Below are positions 13,606 to 27,494 of a DNA stretch of 64,000 nt, piece after piece. The notes beneath the pieces were generated by a model. That model ran no database searches. It was not told where the DNA came from and saw only the letters and a list, made by a program, of their open reading frames with translations. The stretch is from the human T2T-CHM13v2.0 reference genome, Homo sapiens. Made by a program: the position numbers and the translations under genes. Where the stretch lies: the NCBI RefSeq assembly GCF_009914755.1, contig NC_060930.1; one strand, written 5' to 3'. Every line of letters starts with the position of its first letter. Position 1 is the first letter of the stretch.

Positions 13606-13609
13606 TAAG

Positions 13610-13732
13610 TTTTAAAATATAGTTTAAAACGGCTTTAATATATAGTTTAAAATAGTTTTAAATATAGTTTGATTCAGAGCAGAATGTGTTGAAGTTTAAA
13701 ATACAGTTTGATTCAGAGCAGAATGTGTTGAG
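13610..13732. repeat. 39-bp tandem duplication preceded by degenerate TTTAAAATATAG repeats
   Basis: GATTCAGAGCAGAATGTGTTGA at 13671 and 13710. Confidence 0.9.
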
Positions 13733-14947
13733 AGAAACTGAATGCACGTAGCTCAGTTCCAGTTGCTGAAGAAATTCAGCCTTCCCCTTCTCTAGCCTGC
13801 TTGACTTGAATCAGCAGTCTTGAGTTTGCATTATTGCAAGTCCTAGGCTCTGCCGTCCCCCAGCCCCTCACCTCGGTGCTCTGCAAATGCTGAATTTCTA
13901 CGCTGTAGGCACCTAGACCCTTAAGAAACAAGCCCAAGCCAAGCTACCTGCTTTCTCGTCTCTGAGGCCAGCCTCTGGCCTCCCCAGGCAATGTCATGAC
14001 ATTAGACTAACTTTGGAGAAGTCTGGGAACTGAAGGGAAGCGAGACAATTCTTGTCACTCTGAAAAATATATATAGCTTATTATATTTCACGGAAGCCTT
14101 TTGTTTTGAACTCAAACGCAAAGCAGACAGTGGTGCAGGCATATTTTACACATGAGTGCTGTGCACGGATCTGCTCTATCTCCCCTCCCCGTGTGCCATT
14201 TCTAACTTCATGGGTGCGAGTCATGCTCCTTGTTTCCTGTAAGTGACCCCACGAGCTCCACTTAGCTCGTTGTGTGAAACTACAGCTGAGCAGTAAGGAG
14301 AGGAGGAGTGATACCACAAGAAGAGAAAAAGCAGCTTGCCCAGACGGCTGACCATGAAAATGGCCACGAACATGAAACAAGGACCGTTCATTAAGAAAAA
14401 GAGACTAGCAACTTTAAAAAAATTAAACAAAGTTGCCAAAGACATGAAGAAGTCATATGTCGCCACCTCTAGATTACTGCTATTCAAAGATTACTCCTGT
14501 CTGTGAACTTCCATAAAAAGACAGCCATGGTGAATTCAGAAACCACAATACCCTGCCTTTAAGAATTGGGGTGCTCAAATGGGATTAAGGTGCATTTGAG
14601 AGTGGACCCTGCAGTCAACAGAGAGCTTTGATGTTTGTGGTATCAAAGTCCTCAATTTCAGTTATTTAAATGCAAAGAGTGGCATCTGGGGAGAGAACAC
14701 AGTTTCTGATAAGAAACCTATTGGTTTTTTTCCGAAACTGGTAAAATTGTAAAGGGTTTGTAATTCCCAGAGCCGAAAGAGGTATATTCTACGAAAGGAA
14801 GTGAAGTTTGTGGTTCTGTATTTATAAGATGACTAACAATAACAAGAAAAAATGAATGGACTGCACATGCACTTTGACAATGCGAAACTTCTATTCTGGC
14901 TTGTTAATAATTGTTTTTCTTTGTCTCAAAAGAAAAAAATGCAAGTG

Positions 14948-15362
14948 AGATAAAAGAAAAACTTCAGCCAAATTAAATGAAAGGGACTTTAATTGATCAA
15001 TGAACGATTCATGAATCAGCCAGCCTTCTGAGCCAGAGTAGGCTCAGAGACTCCAGCGCAGCCACATGGAGGAAGATTTATGGATAGAAAAAGGAAAGTG
15101 ACGTATAGAAAATGGAAGTGAGGTGCAGAAACAGCTGGATGGGGTACAGCTCGGCGTTTGTGGTATTTGAACATCGTTTGCGTTATTTGAACATGATTCA
15201 AACAGTTGGCTGCGTTTTATTGGCCCAAACTGAGTGATTGGCGCAAGAGCAGTATACAGTTCATTTACACCTCCGCTTGTTATAGTTCATGATATACCGA
15301 AAAACCTTCAGGCTAAACTTAAAATATGTAAGGAGGCAGCTTAGTCTAAACCTGATTTAACA
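14948..15362 (-). mobile_element. Solo LTR, MER57 family (ERV1)
   Basis: Reverse strand TGTTAAATCAGGTTTAGACTAAGCTGCCTCCTTACATATTTTAAG...GGCTGAAGTTTTTCTTTTA; two CCAAT boxes. Confidence 0.88.
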
Positions 15363-16633
15363 ACTGTAAAGATGGACGGTTGGAATCAGCACAAACTACT
15401 GCAAAGTATATTTTATAATGGCCAGAAAGAAAGCATTCCATTTTTCAGTAGAGAATCAAAGTTTTAAGAGCTTTTAAACCTAATGGATCTGTGGAGAGTA
15501 AAAATCTAGGTAGCTGCATTATCACAATGATTAAATGGACATTGGCTGCAGGAAGAGTGTGTTTGTGAGATTCTCTTTGCGCGTGTGAACAATCAATATC
15601 TTTTTCCTTTTGCTGACAGTGGAAAATATCATAATGATACATCCAATTACATACTTTTCTATCTCTTACTCTTTAATGTATTTGCCTGAAATCACATGTT
15701 TGGCTTTCCACATCCGCATGTGGGTCTGGGAGTAGAAATTCTGAGACGGCTTCACATAAGGAGGCTTCTTCCCTCCCACCCTCTCACGGACAAATCAATC
15801 AAATATCTGCAGCTTGACAACTTTAGCTCTAAAAGGGGGCACTTTTTTATCTTGTACCTTTTCTTATAAATTTTGGGATATAATTTATTTTTGGTAAAAA
15901 AAAAACTTCAGAAAGTGGTTTAGTTGAAAGCACCTTAGGCTTTCTTATTAAGAATTAAGCTGCCCATGCTATTCATACTTGTAGTTTAATTCCTCACTTA
16001 TTGTTGTAATTGCAATTGGATTTTGCAACAACAGCAACAAAAGCCTCCCTGGCAAGTTCCTGGTGATTCTGGGGAAGAGGGCTTGAGCCTGAGCTGCTCT
16101 AACCTCTCCTTCAGTCCTCAGCTCCCTGCGGTCTCTCTATAGAGATATGAGACACCCCATTCCCAGTACAAGCCACTTTTCCAGCTTCACACACACGCCC
16201 TCTTGGATATGCTCCCTGTGACGGGCAACCGTTCTACTGGAAGTAATTCTGAAAAAAGCCTCTGAACCCATGAGGCCCACGTGGGGCTTACCTGGCATTC
16301 AACTGTGTTCTCCTACATGTCACCATGTCCTGTCTCCACGACTCATGTTTGATCCTCGCGGGGGCATCAGAGCTTCCTCAGCACCTAGCAAGGCCATCTG
16401 TATATGCAGTGGTGATCCCCATTTCAATGTAAATTACGACCATTCTCCACCACTGCTACCCAGGATGTTTCCCAGACTCCTTAGGTGTGTGAGGTGCAGA
16501 ATCAACCAACTGGAAAGAAACACTCTTAGCCACTTTAATACTCCTCCTCCCTCTTTCTAAATTTCCTAAACCAGTTGAAAATGGGCACCTTTTCTGAGAA
16601 GCACAAGCTGTCTCTTGCCCCTTTTACAAATGT

Positions 16634-17233
16634 CAGTCATGTGTTGCTTAAGGACAAGGATACCTTCTGAGAAATGGGTCCTCAGGCAATTTGCTGTTGT
16701 GTGAGCATCGCAGAGTGAACTTCCACACACCCGCGTGCTATGAGCTGCTTTACACCTGGCGATATGAGACAGCCTGTCGTGCCAGGCTCAGACCTGCATG
16801 TCACTGCGCTGAGTGCTGTCGGCAATTATGACACAGTGGCGTGTGTGTATCTAAACAGAGAAAAGGTGCCGTGAAAGAACAATACGAAAGATGAACAACA
16901 GTACCTGTGCAAGGCACTTACCATGAGTGGAGCTTGCAGGACTGGCAGCTGCTCTTGTGAGTCAGTGGGTGAGTCGGGAGTGAATGTGAAGACCTAGGAC
17001 ATCACTATGACTACTGCAGACTTTATAAACACTGCACACGTAGGCCACACTCTCTCTCTCTACATATAAAGTATATATATGTGTGTGTGTATATATATAT
17101 AATTGTGCTAAGACGTTGAGGTGGCTACAATGTCATCACATGATAGGAATTTTTCAGCTCCCTTATACTCTTACAGGACAACCATAGTATACGCTGTCTG
17201 TGGTTGGAAATGTTGTTGTGTGGCACATGACCG
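16634..17233. mobile_element. Tigger3 (Golem) non-autonomous copy, ~600 bp (Tigger3c-like)
   Basis: TIRs CAGTCATGTGTTGC... and ...GTGGCACATGACCG followed by TA; internal microsatellite ~17048-17102. Confidence 0.8.
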
Positions 17234-17385
17234 TATGGAAGAACAGAGAAGACCATTCAGAGCTTCATCGGAGGCAGTGGTGACCGCAGGACCCCTGCAT
17301 CTGCTTCAGCCCAACCAGACATCCCTGACCCTGCCCAGCAGACCCTGACCTCCGCCACAGATAACCTGGGAGCCTGTGGGCACGG

Positions 17386-17530
17386 TCAGCAGGGGGCGTG
17401 GAGTCTGAGGCACATGACTCTCATGCGCCAGCCCAGTGGTGCCCGCACCTCATTCTTAGAATTTCCTGGAAGTGGCTTTGCTCTGAATGCCTGCGCTGGC
17501 ATCACAGAAACAAAAGTTTCTTCCCTGGAA
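17386..17530 (+). promoter_or_regulatory. CTCF-like motif plus GAS (STAT) site cluster
   Basis: TCAGCAGGGGGCGTG 17386; TTCTTAGAA 17453; TTCCTGGAA 17463; TTCCCTGGAA 17521. Confidence 0.35.
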
Positions 17531-17734
17531 GGGATGGGAGCAGCAGGGGCTGGTGGAGGAGCTGCCACTGTTTTGGTCACAGAACCACGCGTTCTCCAGG
17601 TGAAAGGTAAAGCTTCAACTCTGCACAGTAATCCAGGGAAGCATCTTCTTCAACGGGACGCGAGCCGCTTTCTCCTGTCGCTGTGGGTTTCATTTGTGGC
17701 GACGTCTCTGCAACATCCATTTTTCCCTGAGTTT

Positions 17735-17895
17735 CTTTCTGGCCGTAGCATGCACCTTCGGGGGCTACGAAGTTCTGATGCTCAGGTACTACAGGAGATC
17801 CATTGAACTGAATCTCTGGAAGTGGGGCCCAGGCCTCTCCTTTTCAGAAGCTCAGTGTGTGCTTCTGATGTACAGCCAGAGTTTAGAGCCATCAG
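17735..17895. mobile_element. MER5A-like hAT fossil
   Basis: GAATCTCTGGAAGTGGGGCCCAGG...TTCTGATGTACAGCCAGAGTTTAGAGCCA. Confidence 0.55.
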
Positions 17896-19689
17896 GCTCA
17901 CCCAGTCACGGTGATACCAACTCTCCAACCAGTGACTGTTCTTGGAACATGCAGATCACTCTATTCTAGACGTGAGGCATGAGGAGAAGCCTGCAGGAAG
18001 CTTCTGGAAAGGAGTTCATCACTCCTAAGGGGAAGATAGTACCTCTCTGTCTTGTCCAGATGTGACACCTGGCAGAGCTGCCTGGAAGACACCAGTGCCC
18101 CAGGCGCCAGGTGTGTAGAGTCACAACCCTGCGTGCCGTGTCTGGAGTCTGCCCTGGCTCTGGGCTTCCTGTGGTAGGTGATGACACAATGCCTCACTCC
18201 CTAACCCTGCTTGAGGCTTGGGTGTGAGTTATTTGTAGAGAAAAACATTCTTACTCATTCCTGGGCCTGTTCCTTCTGTACCTATAGGGAAAGAGCGGAG
18301 GAACCAGGTTCCCGGTCCAGGCCCCACTTCCTGTTACGCCCTTTAGCTGATTTCCTCTGTTCCTCGCCAGATTCTAGAAGGTTTGCGAACTCTGCTCATG
18401 CAAAGTCTGGCTGCGGGGGCAGTGGAGTTGCTGGAAATCAGACTCGAATGCCACACTGCTTCAGGAAACCGAGGTGCTTTCCTCCGTGTACAGCCAGTGT
18501 GCTCCTTAGGTCTCTGCATCAGCCTGTGAGGGGGATGAGATCACCGTCCTGTTTCAGAAGAGGAAGGCGAGGCCCGGAGAGGGCGCAGGGTGCCCTGTGG
18601 CTGTGGCCACCCAGGAAGGGGCTGTGACGCCCTCGTGGTGCAGGGATGAGGGACGCTGCCTGCCTTTGCTGTCGAGCAGAGGTCTCACCCCTGCTTTGTG
18701 AGTTTCTGAGTTTCTGAGTGACCTCAGCAAAGCAGCTCAGCCTTTGAGCTCAGCTTTCTCATAGGAAAACGGGGTTGAAAAATCTTCCCCACATTTATTA
18801 TGCAAAAGCAACCGACGGAGGAGCGCCTGCTGATGCTCAGCAAAATGCCGTCTGTGTGCTGCTCATCATTCCACGCCTTCACCCTGAACGCCCAGCTTCT
18901 TATCAGAGTCTAGGGGCAGCAGAGAGTGATTGAATACGCACGTGTGTCCACACTGCAGCCCCGGCAAGGCCGAGAGAGGGGCTCCCCACCATGCTGGCGG
19001 CCTGGGGCCTGGACAGAGCCAACTGGGGAAAGTGCCTCGCAACAGACCAACCTGGTGAGGGAGGCGGGGGGAGCACATGGCGCAACCCACCCTCCTACCA
19101 TCCACATTGCAAAGCCCCAGCGATTCCTGGGCGTCACTTTTCCACCCCCACCCACCCTGTGTCTCTGTGGCTTCGGGTGCGAGCTTGTGGGGCAGAGCCA
19201 ACAGACAGAGCTGGGGACACCTGGGGCCGGTTCACAGCGAGATGCCAGACTCAGGCCTTTACCAAGCTGCGCGTCACTGGTAGAAAAGGACATTAGGAAC
19301 ACTAGGTAAAAAGCAAAACAAAAATAAATCTCACTTGGCATCTTTCCCATTATAGTTCAGTCGATGGTAGCTATGATTCTATTTGCCTGTGTTACTATTT
19401 ACTCTGAAAGAGTGGATTTAGGCCAGAACATTTGCAGTCTGGCTGTGTAAGGCACCACAACAGTATCAATGAGCCGCCGCACTCAGGATGATTTAGCTCT
19501 CCCCATTTTCTCAGATCTCATCACCCCCAATCCTCAGCTCCCTTGTGACCAAAGGTTAGCATTCTTCACAGAGTAGTTAGTCTGTGGACTGGGGGTGAAG
19601 CGAAGCCCCTCCATTTCCTGGGTCTGGAGACCCAGGGCCTCCGAAGCTCTGGCCTGGGCCGTGCAGACTTTTCATGGAAGGTGAGGGCA

Positions 19690-20391
19690 GGGACTTCTGA
19701 CACTGAGGCCCTGAGTTGGGGCCAAAAGTTTTAGGTGAAGGGCACCATCCCCAGCAAGAATGCTCTCACTTCAGATGCCAGCTGCAAACTCCAGGGTCCC
19801 CAGGCCACCTGCACTTCTGACCAAGTCAGGGGTTCCCCTGACCCCTTCAGAGTCAATAATTCACCAGAATGACTCTCAGAACTCCGGAAAGTGCTACATG
19901 TATGATGACAGTGTTATTACAAAGGACACAGCTCAGGACCAGCCAAAGGAAGAGACAGCAGGACACAGTCCAGGAGGGCCTGGAAGGCAGAGCTTCCACG
20001 TGCTCAAGACCGGTCACCCTCCCACTACATCCATGCGTTCACCACCTGGAAGCTCCACCAAGCTTTGGGGCCAGAGCTTCCACTTGGGTTTCATGACATA
20101 CTCGTGATTGATTGAATCACTGGCCTGATGGTTGAACTTCATCTCCAGCCGCCTCCCTTCCCTAGAGGTCAGGCTCAGAGCCCTGATCCTCTGGTGACAC
20201 GTGGGTCTTTCCTGTAAGACCGTCACCCGTCCTGAAACCACGCAGGCCCCCACCGTGAGTGACCTGTTAGCATAAATTATCAGGGCCCACCATGAATAGC
20301 AGAGACACTCCCATCACTTGGGAAATTGTAAGGCTTTAGAGAGCCTCTCCCAGAAGATGGAGACAAAGGCCAGCATGAGTCCTCATCACAC
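19690..20391 (-). mobile_element. LTR, MER21 family
   Basis: CACTTCAGATGCCAG...CACTTCTGACCAA...AGACACTCCCATCACTTGGGAAATT..AAGG match antisense MER21. Confidence 0.8.
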
Positions 20392-20721
20392 AGGAGGAGT
20401 GTGGGTGTCGTGAGTGTGAGCGGTCTTGCTCACACAGGCACATGCCTCTGTTCTCTAGAGACAAAAACCACAGCTCCTTAGCATTTCATGCGAAGCCTGC
20501 CATCCACTGGCCTCATCCCTCGTTGCCTAACGTGGGGCTTTTTCTGCAAGGCCGGTGCTCGCTGTCCTCCTCAGGGAAATTCTCACCAGCTCCCTGGAGC
20601 ATGGCTGTCATTCGATCTTTGGTGTAAACAGCATTCGACAGGCTTCTGTAATCATAATTATCATGACATAATTGTAACTTTTCTTCTCAATACAGTCCTT
20701 TTCTCCATTCGATTAAAGTGA

Positions 20722-21150
20722 TATTTTGCTTACAAGTAACAAAAACCTGGCTTAAAGCACAAGGACATTTCTAGTTTACTTAAGTCCAGAGATAGCTGGT
20801 CCCAAGGTATTTCGGCCACTCAGGCCACTGAGAACCAGGTTATTTCTGTTCTGTCATCCCTAGAGAGTTGGGCTGTCTACCGAGCAGTCACTGTTTAACA
20901 TGGACATAGGCGGCAGCTGCCTGGGAAAGCACCATGTGTTTTCACAACGGGGTTCCAGGTTCGCAAGAGAAGGACTTTCTGCTCTTGCACCTCTCTCCCT
21001 TATGGGGGGGAAATATTTCTGGGCAGCCCCAGCAGACATCCTACTGGATGACAGGGTCTCTCCTGGCATTCTCCCCTGGCAAGGGGAGTGTGTGGGTGCC
21101 TCTGTTTGGGCCATTCCTCAGAGCGACTGTATTGTTCCCTGAACATAATC
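20722..21150 (-). mobile_element. Old MaLR/ERVL LTR fragment (MLT1/LTR33-like)
   Basis: CAAGTAACAAAAACCTGGCTTAAAGCACAAGG opening and CCCCAGCAGAC block; heavily diverged. Confidence 0.45.
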
Positions 21151-21367
21151 AGGCTGCCCCGCAGGATGGTGGTGGGAATGGCTGGTGAGCCTTTGACACT
21201 GCGAGGTTGTAGAATGTGTTCTAAAACAACAGAGAGGCATCAGAGCACGAGGAGGGAGGGAGGGAAGGAAGAAACAGGCAATGGTGGGAATGAGGAGCAA
21301 AGGAAACAAGAAAGAAAGATTTAAATCAGGCAGGAACACCAGGTCCTAGCGTGTAGGTACTTTTTAA

Positions 21368-21744
<377 letters not shown>

Positions 21745-22480
21745 AGTTTTCAATCTTTTTGAAGCAAGCAAATTTTATATTAAAAAAAAAAAACATTGGT
21801 TTTTTGGTGTGTGTGTGTGTTTTTTTTTTTTTTTATCATTTGATAGGTCAATATAAAACAAAGGCAATCCATTTTCCACCCAGAAGTGACTTATACCACA
21901 TGCTTTGTCTAAGCCTTCATTTGCTCTTGGGAAAAATGTTCCTCATCTTTCTAGAATGAAGAGAAGTACTTTCTTTGGAGATTGACAGGGGCCAGAACAA
22001 AGTTAAATAATGTACTCCTGGAAATGCAATTTTGTCAAAGGAGTAACTTCTCTCAGTCCTCAACGCGTGCAGTCATTACACAAGTGCTCGGCAGAGTCAG
22101 GGAGTCTCAGCATCATTCTAGAAAGCCCAGATTGACAGCCTTCCTTCTACTATGCCTGGGCTGGCGGGAGGGCAGGACTAAGTGGCGGGATTGCACCCCT
22201 CCCCGCAATGTCTAAAAGTGGAGCCGGGCTCAGCCAGGCAGTGGGTGGGGGTGTGTGGGTCTCAGCCAGTTTCAATGGTTTTGACAATGAAACTCACCTG
22301 GGTGTGTGTTATTTGGCTTTGTTCTTCAGATTTAGACCCTCTCCTAAGTCAAATTGAAACTCCCCGAACTGGTATCCTATAAGAGCTGACCCTTATAGTA
22401 ATGTGTGCTTCGAATCATGTGAACTGAAACCTGTGGACTTCCCACAGCCCAGCAGGACCCACCTTCCCAAGCAGCAAACC

Positions 22481-22757
22481 CTGGAGCCTCGAGCTGACAC
22501 GTCAGTCCTTGTGCTTCGTGCACATTTAGAAGGAACTTCAGACAAACTTCATTCACTTCAAACTCTGTCCCCTTGGAGCCTCGAGCTGACATGTCAGTCC
22601 TTGTGCTTCGTGTAGATTTAGAAGGAACTTCAGACAAACTTCATTCACTTCAAACTCTGTCCCCTTGGAGCCTCGAGCTGACACGTCAGTCTTTGTGCTT
22701 CGTGCAGATTTAGAAGGAAATCCAGACAAACTTCATTCACTTCAAACCCTGTCCCCT
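22481..22757. repeat. 92-bp minisatellite, 3 copies
   Basis: TGGAGCCTCGAGCTGAC at 22482, 22574 and 22666; units nearly identical. Confidence 0.97.
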
Positions 22758-22909
22758 TAACCTATTTCCAGTATCCAGAGGTAAAGCAAATCCTTCAATG
22801 TGATGCCCAAATAAAACTATAAATATACATATGTAATATATACAAATACAGAAAAATATATACATACATATGTGCACACATGTCTATATGTTTGCATGTA
22901 TGTATATGA

Positions 22910-23105
22910 TATTGAATCACGCTTTTTCATTTAATAACATGACTTGCAGAACATTCCACCTGCATATTTAGTTCATATCACTTTATTCTATTTAATAGCT
23001 GCAAAACCTCGATCCAGTCTCTTCTATTTGTTGATACGAGGGCTCAGCCCCCCACCCACCCCTCATTTTTTTGGCCTTGTTAATGATGCAATTAATGTTG
23101 ATAGA

Positions 23106-23149
<44 letters not shown>

Positions 23150-23700
23150 TAGATAGAGATATGTAGAAAGATATCTATGTATCTCTATGTATCTATTTTT
23201 ATATGTACTTAAAAACAAATATCTGTAGAGTGAGTTGCCTGAAAAAGGATAAGTGTATTTTCACAGGAATTACCTATTGCCCGCCAAAATTGTTGTCCAA
23301 CTCAGCCTCTCACCAGTGGTGCAGGAGACTGGTAAACCTCACCAATGCTGGGTTTTATTAAGCTTCATTTATTGCCAATGCTATGTAAATAGCCAGTTAT
23401 ACAGCACTAGTATTTTGCTTTCCATTTCCTTAATCAGGAGTGTAACTGAGAAATCTGTCTCATGTTTGATGGTCAAGAACTGGCTTTTGAGAGTCTCTAT
23501 TTTTCAATAGAATGTTTCCCCTTTTCTTTACTGATATGACAAAGCTCTCTTTACAATAAGCAAAGACACCTATGGTTGGTCACCTGCCTTGCAAAACTTT
23601 CCTAAGTATATTGTTTCTCTTTTGGTTTTCTGTATTTTATATGTAAAAGGTTAGGCTTTTTGTGAAATTTGGTAATAAATGTTATTACTTCTGGCATTCC
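22910..23700 (-). mobile_element. Old L1 (L1ME-like) fragments
   Basis: CTTTTTCATTTAATAA, AAACCTCACCAATGCTGGG, TTGCTTTCCATTTCCTTAATC motifs. Confidence 0.5.
23100..23155. repeat. Compound STR (GATA)6(GACA)6(GATA)2
   Basis: Direct count. Confidence 0.95.
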
Positions 23701-23976
23701 TGGCCTCTTTCATCATGACTATTTTTTCAATCACTCATCTTTTTTTAGCCCTCATGATTCCAGCTCCTTTTAACATATGACACCGCTTTTGAAAGATGGT
23801 GGTTGCTAATCCTGAAGCCGTTGACTCCCCAGATGACGTTCCCGTGAAACGCTTGGCAGTTGCAAGAGGAACTCGGGTCCTCAGTGCCGTTTACCAAGGC
23901 CGACAAAGTCCAGCTGCATTATCGTGTCATCGTGACATCGGTATTTGACTGTGGAAGCTGAAAGCCCGTTAGATAA

Positions 23977-24320
<344 letters not shown>

Positions 24321-25117
24321 TGTTTCCTTATTTTTTATTATGAAAGATTCCTGGGCTGTTGCAGTCCTATTTATACCTATAATTTCTCTTATTCAACTGC
24401 AGTGTCCTTGCCTTCTTGTTTAATTGGGGTAATACTCCTTTCACTGAAATACTTTGGAGGAGTGTTGTAAAGTCTGCTGAGAAAATTTCTGTGAAAAGTT
24501 TTAAAGATATTGGGGGCAGTGTCTGCCAAACAGATTCTTCTCTGATGCCCTGGGCCCAGCCTTCTGTTTCTGTTTTCATTTATAATTTGTCGTTTCTTTT
24601 GAGAATGTTTCAAGTCAAGATAAAGATCACTGTGATGGGAACATTTATCTCCTCAATCACACCAGATACTACATTACTTTTTATTTACTTTTCTATAATT
24701 TCCATTCTTATGTAATGAACACTTAATAATTTTACATGTTCAAAAACGATGGATGTGGGAAAAGATCAAATAACGATAGTGTGAAAATTCAACTTTTGTT
24801 GAGCAACCAGGAAAGATCCCCGGGTTTACTGATTTTGAAACCAGTGTGGGAGGGTGAGAACATGAGAGATACCCTATGCAGAATCATGAACTGATCAGGG
24901 ACCCTACAGAGATCATTTGGTCTGACACCTTTTCTCTATTCACATGAAACAAAGGCCTGGATCCTTGATCAGGGTCACTCAGTAAAGTAGTGAACAAGCT
25001 CCCGTGAAAGCCCAGGCCCTCCCATTTTCAGTAGGGTGTTCCCTATTCTACCACGTTCCTCCTCTTGTATAAACTAACACTCTGCTTTAAGTATGTTTAG
25101 AAACCTGTAGTCTATAG

Positions 25118-25651
25118 CAGCGGTCCTCAACCTTTTTGGCACCAGGGACCAGTTTCATGGAAGACAATTTTTCCACGGACTGGGGCAGGGGAGGGGGATG
25201 GTTTCCGGGTGATTCAAGTGCATTCCATTTATTGTGCACTTTATTTCTATTGTTATTATCATATTGTAATATATAATGAAATAATTATACAACTCACCAT
25301 AATGTAGAATCAGTGGGAGCCCCGAGCTTGTTTTCCTGCAACTAGATGGTCCCATCTGGGGGTGATGGGAGACAGTGACAGATCATCAGGCATTAGATTC
25401 TCATAAGGAGCGTGCAACTTAGATCCCTTGCATGCACAGTTCACAGTAGGGTTTGTGCTCCTATGAGACTCTGATGCCGATGCTGATCTGACAGGAACTA
25501 AGGCAGTAAAATGTGAGTGATGGGGAGTGGCTGTAAATACATATGAAGCTTCACCCACTCACCCACCGCTCACCTCCTGCTGTGCAGCCTGGTTCCTAAC
25601 AGGCCATAGACCGCTAGCTACCATCCATGCCCTGGGGGTTGGGGATGCCTG
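25118..25651 (+). mobile_element. MER1A (hAT-Charlie)
   Basis: CAGCGGTCCTCAACCTTTTTGGCACCAGGGACC ... GGTTGGGGATGCCTG; 8-bp TSD GTCTATAG/GTCTACAG. Confidence 0.92.
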
Positions 25652-25945
25652 GTCTACAGTGAAGTAAATATCCTAGTTCCCTTGAGAAGGAGTCTCCATT
25701 AATGTGGAGTCATAGAGCTTTTTGGAGGAGCTGTGGACCTGCCCCCTCAGTTCCAGCTACACAGCTGCTCAGGGCCTGTTTGGCACTTGCCATACTCCTG
25801 TCCCAGGACAGGATCCCACAGTGGTAACAAAGGCTGCCGATCACTGAGCAACTACGACGTGTGCTGGGCAGGAGCTCTGTTGCTTCTAATTCTCACAACA
25901 ATGCTGCAAAGGAGGGATTGTTCACTCCATTCTGTGATGAGGATA

Positions 25946-26355
25946 TTGTATGGGTTGTGCCGTGTCCTCTAAAAAGGGAAGTCCTTACCCCAATACCTCA
26001 GAATGTGACCTTATCTGGAAATAGGGTCATTGCTGATGTAGTTAGTGAAGCTAAGATGAGGTCATGCTGGAGGAGAGTGGGCCTCACTCCGTAGGGCTGG
26101 TGTCCTTCTAAGGAGAGGACACAGACCCACAGAGGGAAGTCCATGTGATGACACAGGCAGAGATGCAGTGACGCGTCTGCAAGGTGGGAGCACCGAGGGT
26201 TGCCAGCCACCACCACAAGCGCAGTGAGAGGACGACTCTGCCAGCACCGTGGTCTGGGGCTGCCGGCCTCCAGGACTGGGAAATAATACACATCTGTTGC
26301 TTTAAGCACCCAGTGTGTGGCAGTTTGTTGAGGACGACCATGGGAAACAGATTCA
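25946..26355 (+). mobile_element. MLT1C-like MaLR LTR
   Basis: CCTCAGAATGTGACCTTATCTGGAAATAGGGTC...AAGATGAGGTCAT...TGTTGCTTTAAGC..CAGTGTGTGG. Confidence 0.85.
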
Positions 26356-26713
26356 GATGCTGAAGCTCGTAAAGTAGAAGACATGCCCAGAGCCACTCAG
26401 CCAACAGGCAGGTTCAGCCAGGGCTCAAATGGAGGTCTTCCTGGTTCCAAAAGAATTGCGTTTCTTCTCTACTCCACATGGCCCATCTCATCCCAGATGA
26501 CCAGGGGAGACACTTGATGGCAAGGCCAACCACTGCTACCCCAGGGAAGAAAACAGAGAGAGGCAGAGGGAGGAGAGAGCCTAGGAGAGCGCCCTTCCTT
26601 TGCTGAGCTTGGCAGCTGTGCAGGCAGCCTGGCCCAAAGCAATAATTATCACAAAGCATAACCACAGCTCCAATGTATAGCCAAGAAATCTCCATCTTAG
26701 GAATACAAAGTGA

Positions 26714-27103
<390 letters not shown>

Positions 27104-27137
27104 GAAAACATTGTCTTGTTTTAAGAGTTGTCACTTT

Positions 27138-27494
<357 letters not shown>

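Noticed and set aside
22481-22757. Regular repeat with internal palindrome as a CRISPR-like array
   Set aside because: Head-to-tail units with no unique spacers; an ordinary minisatellite
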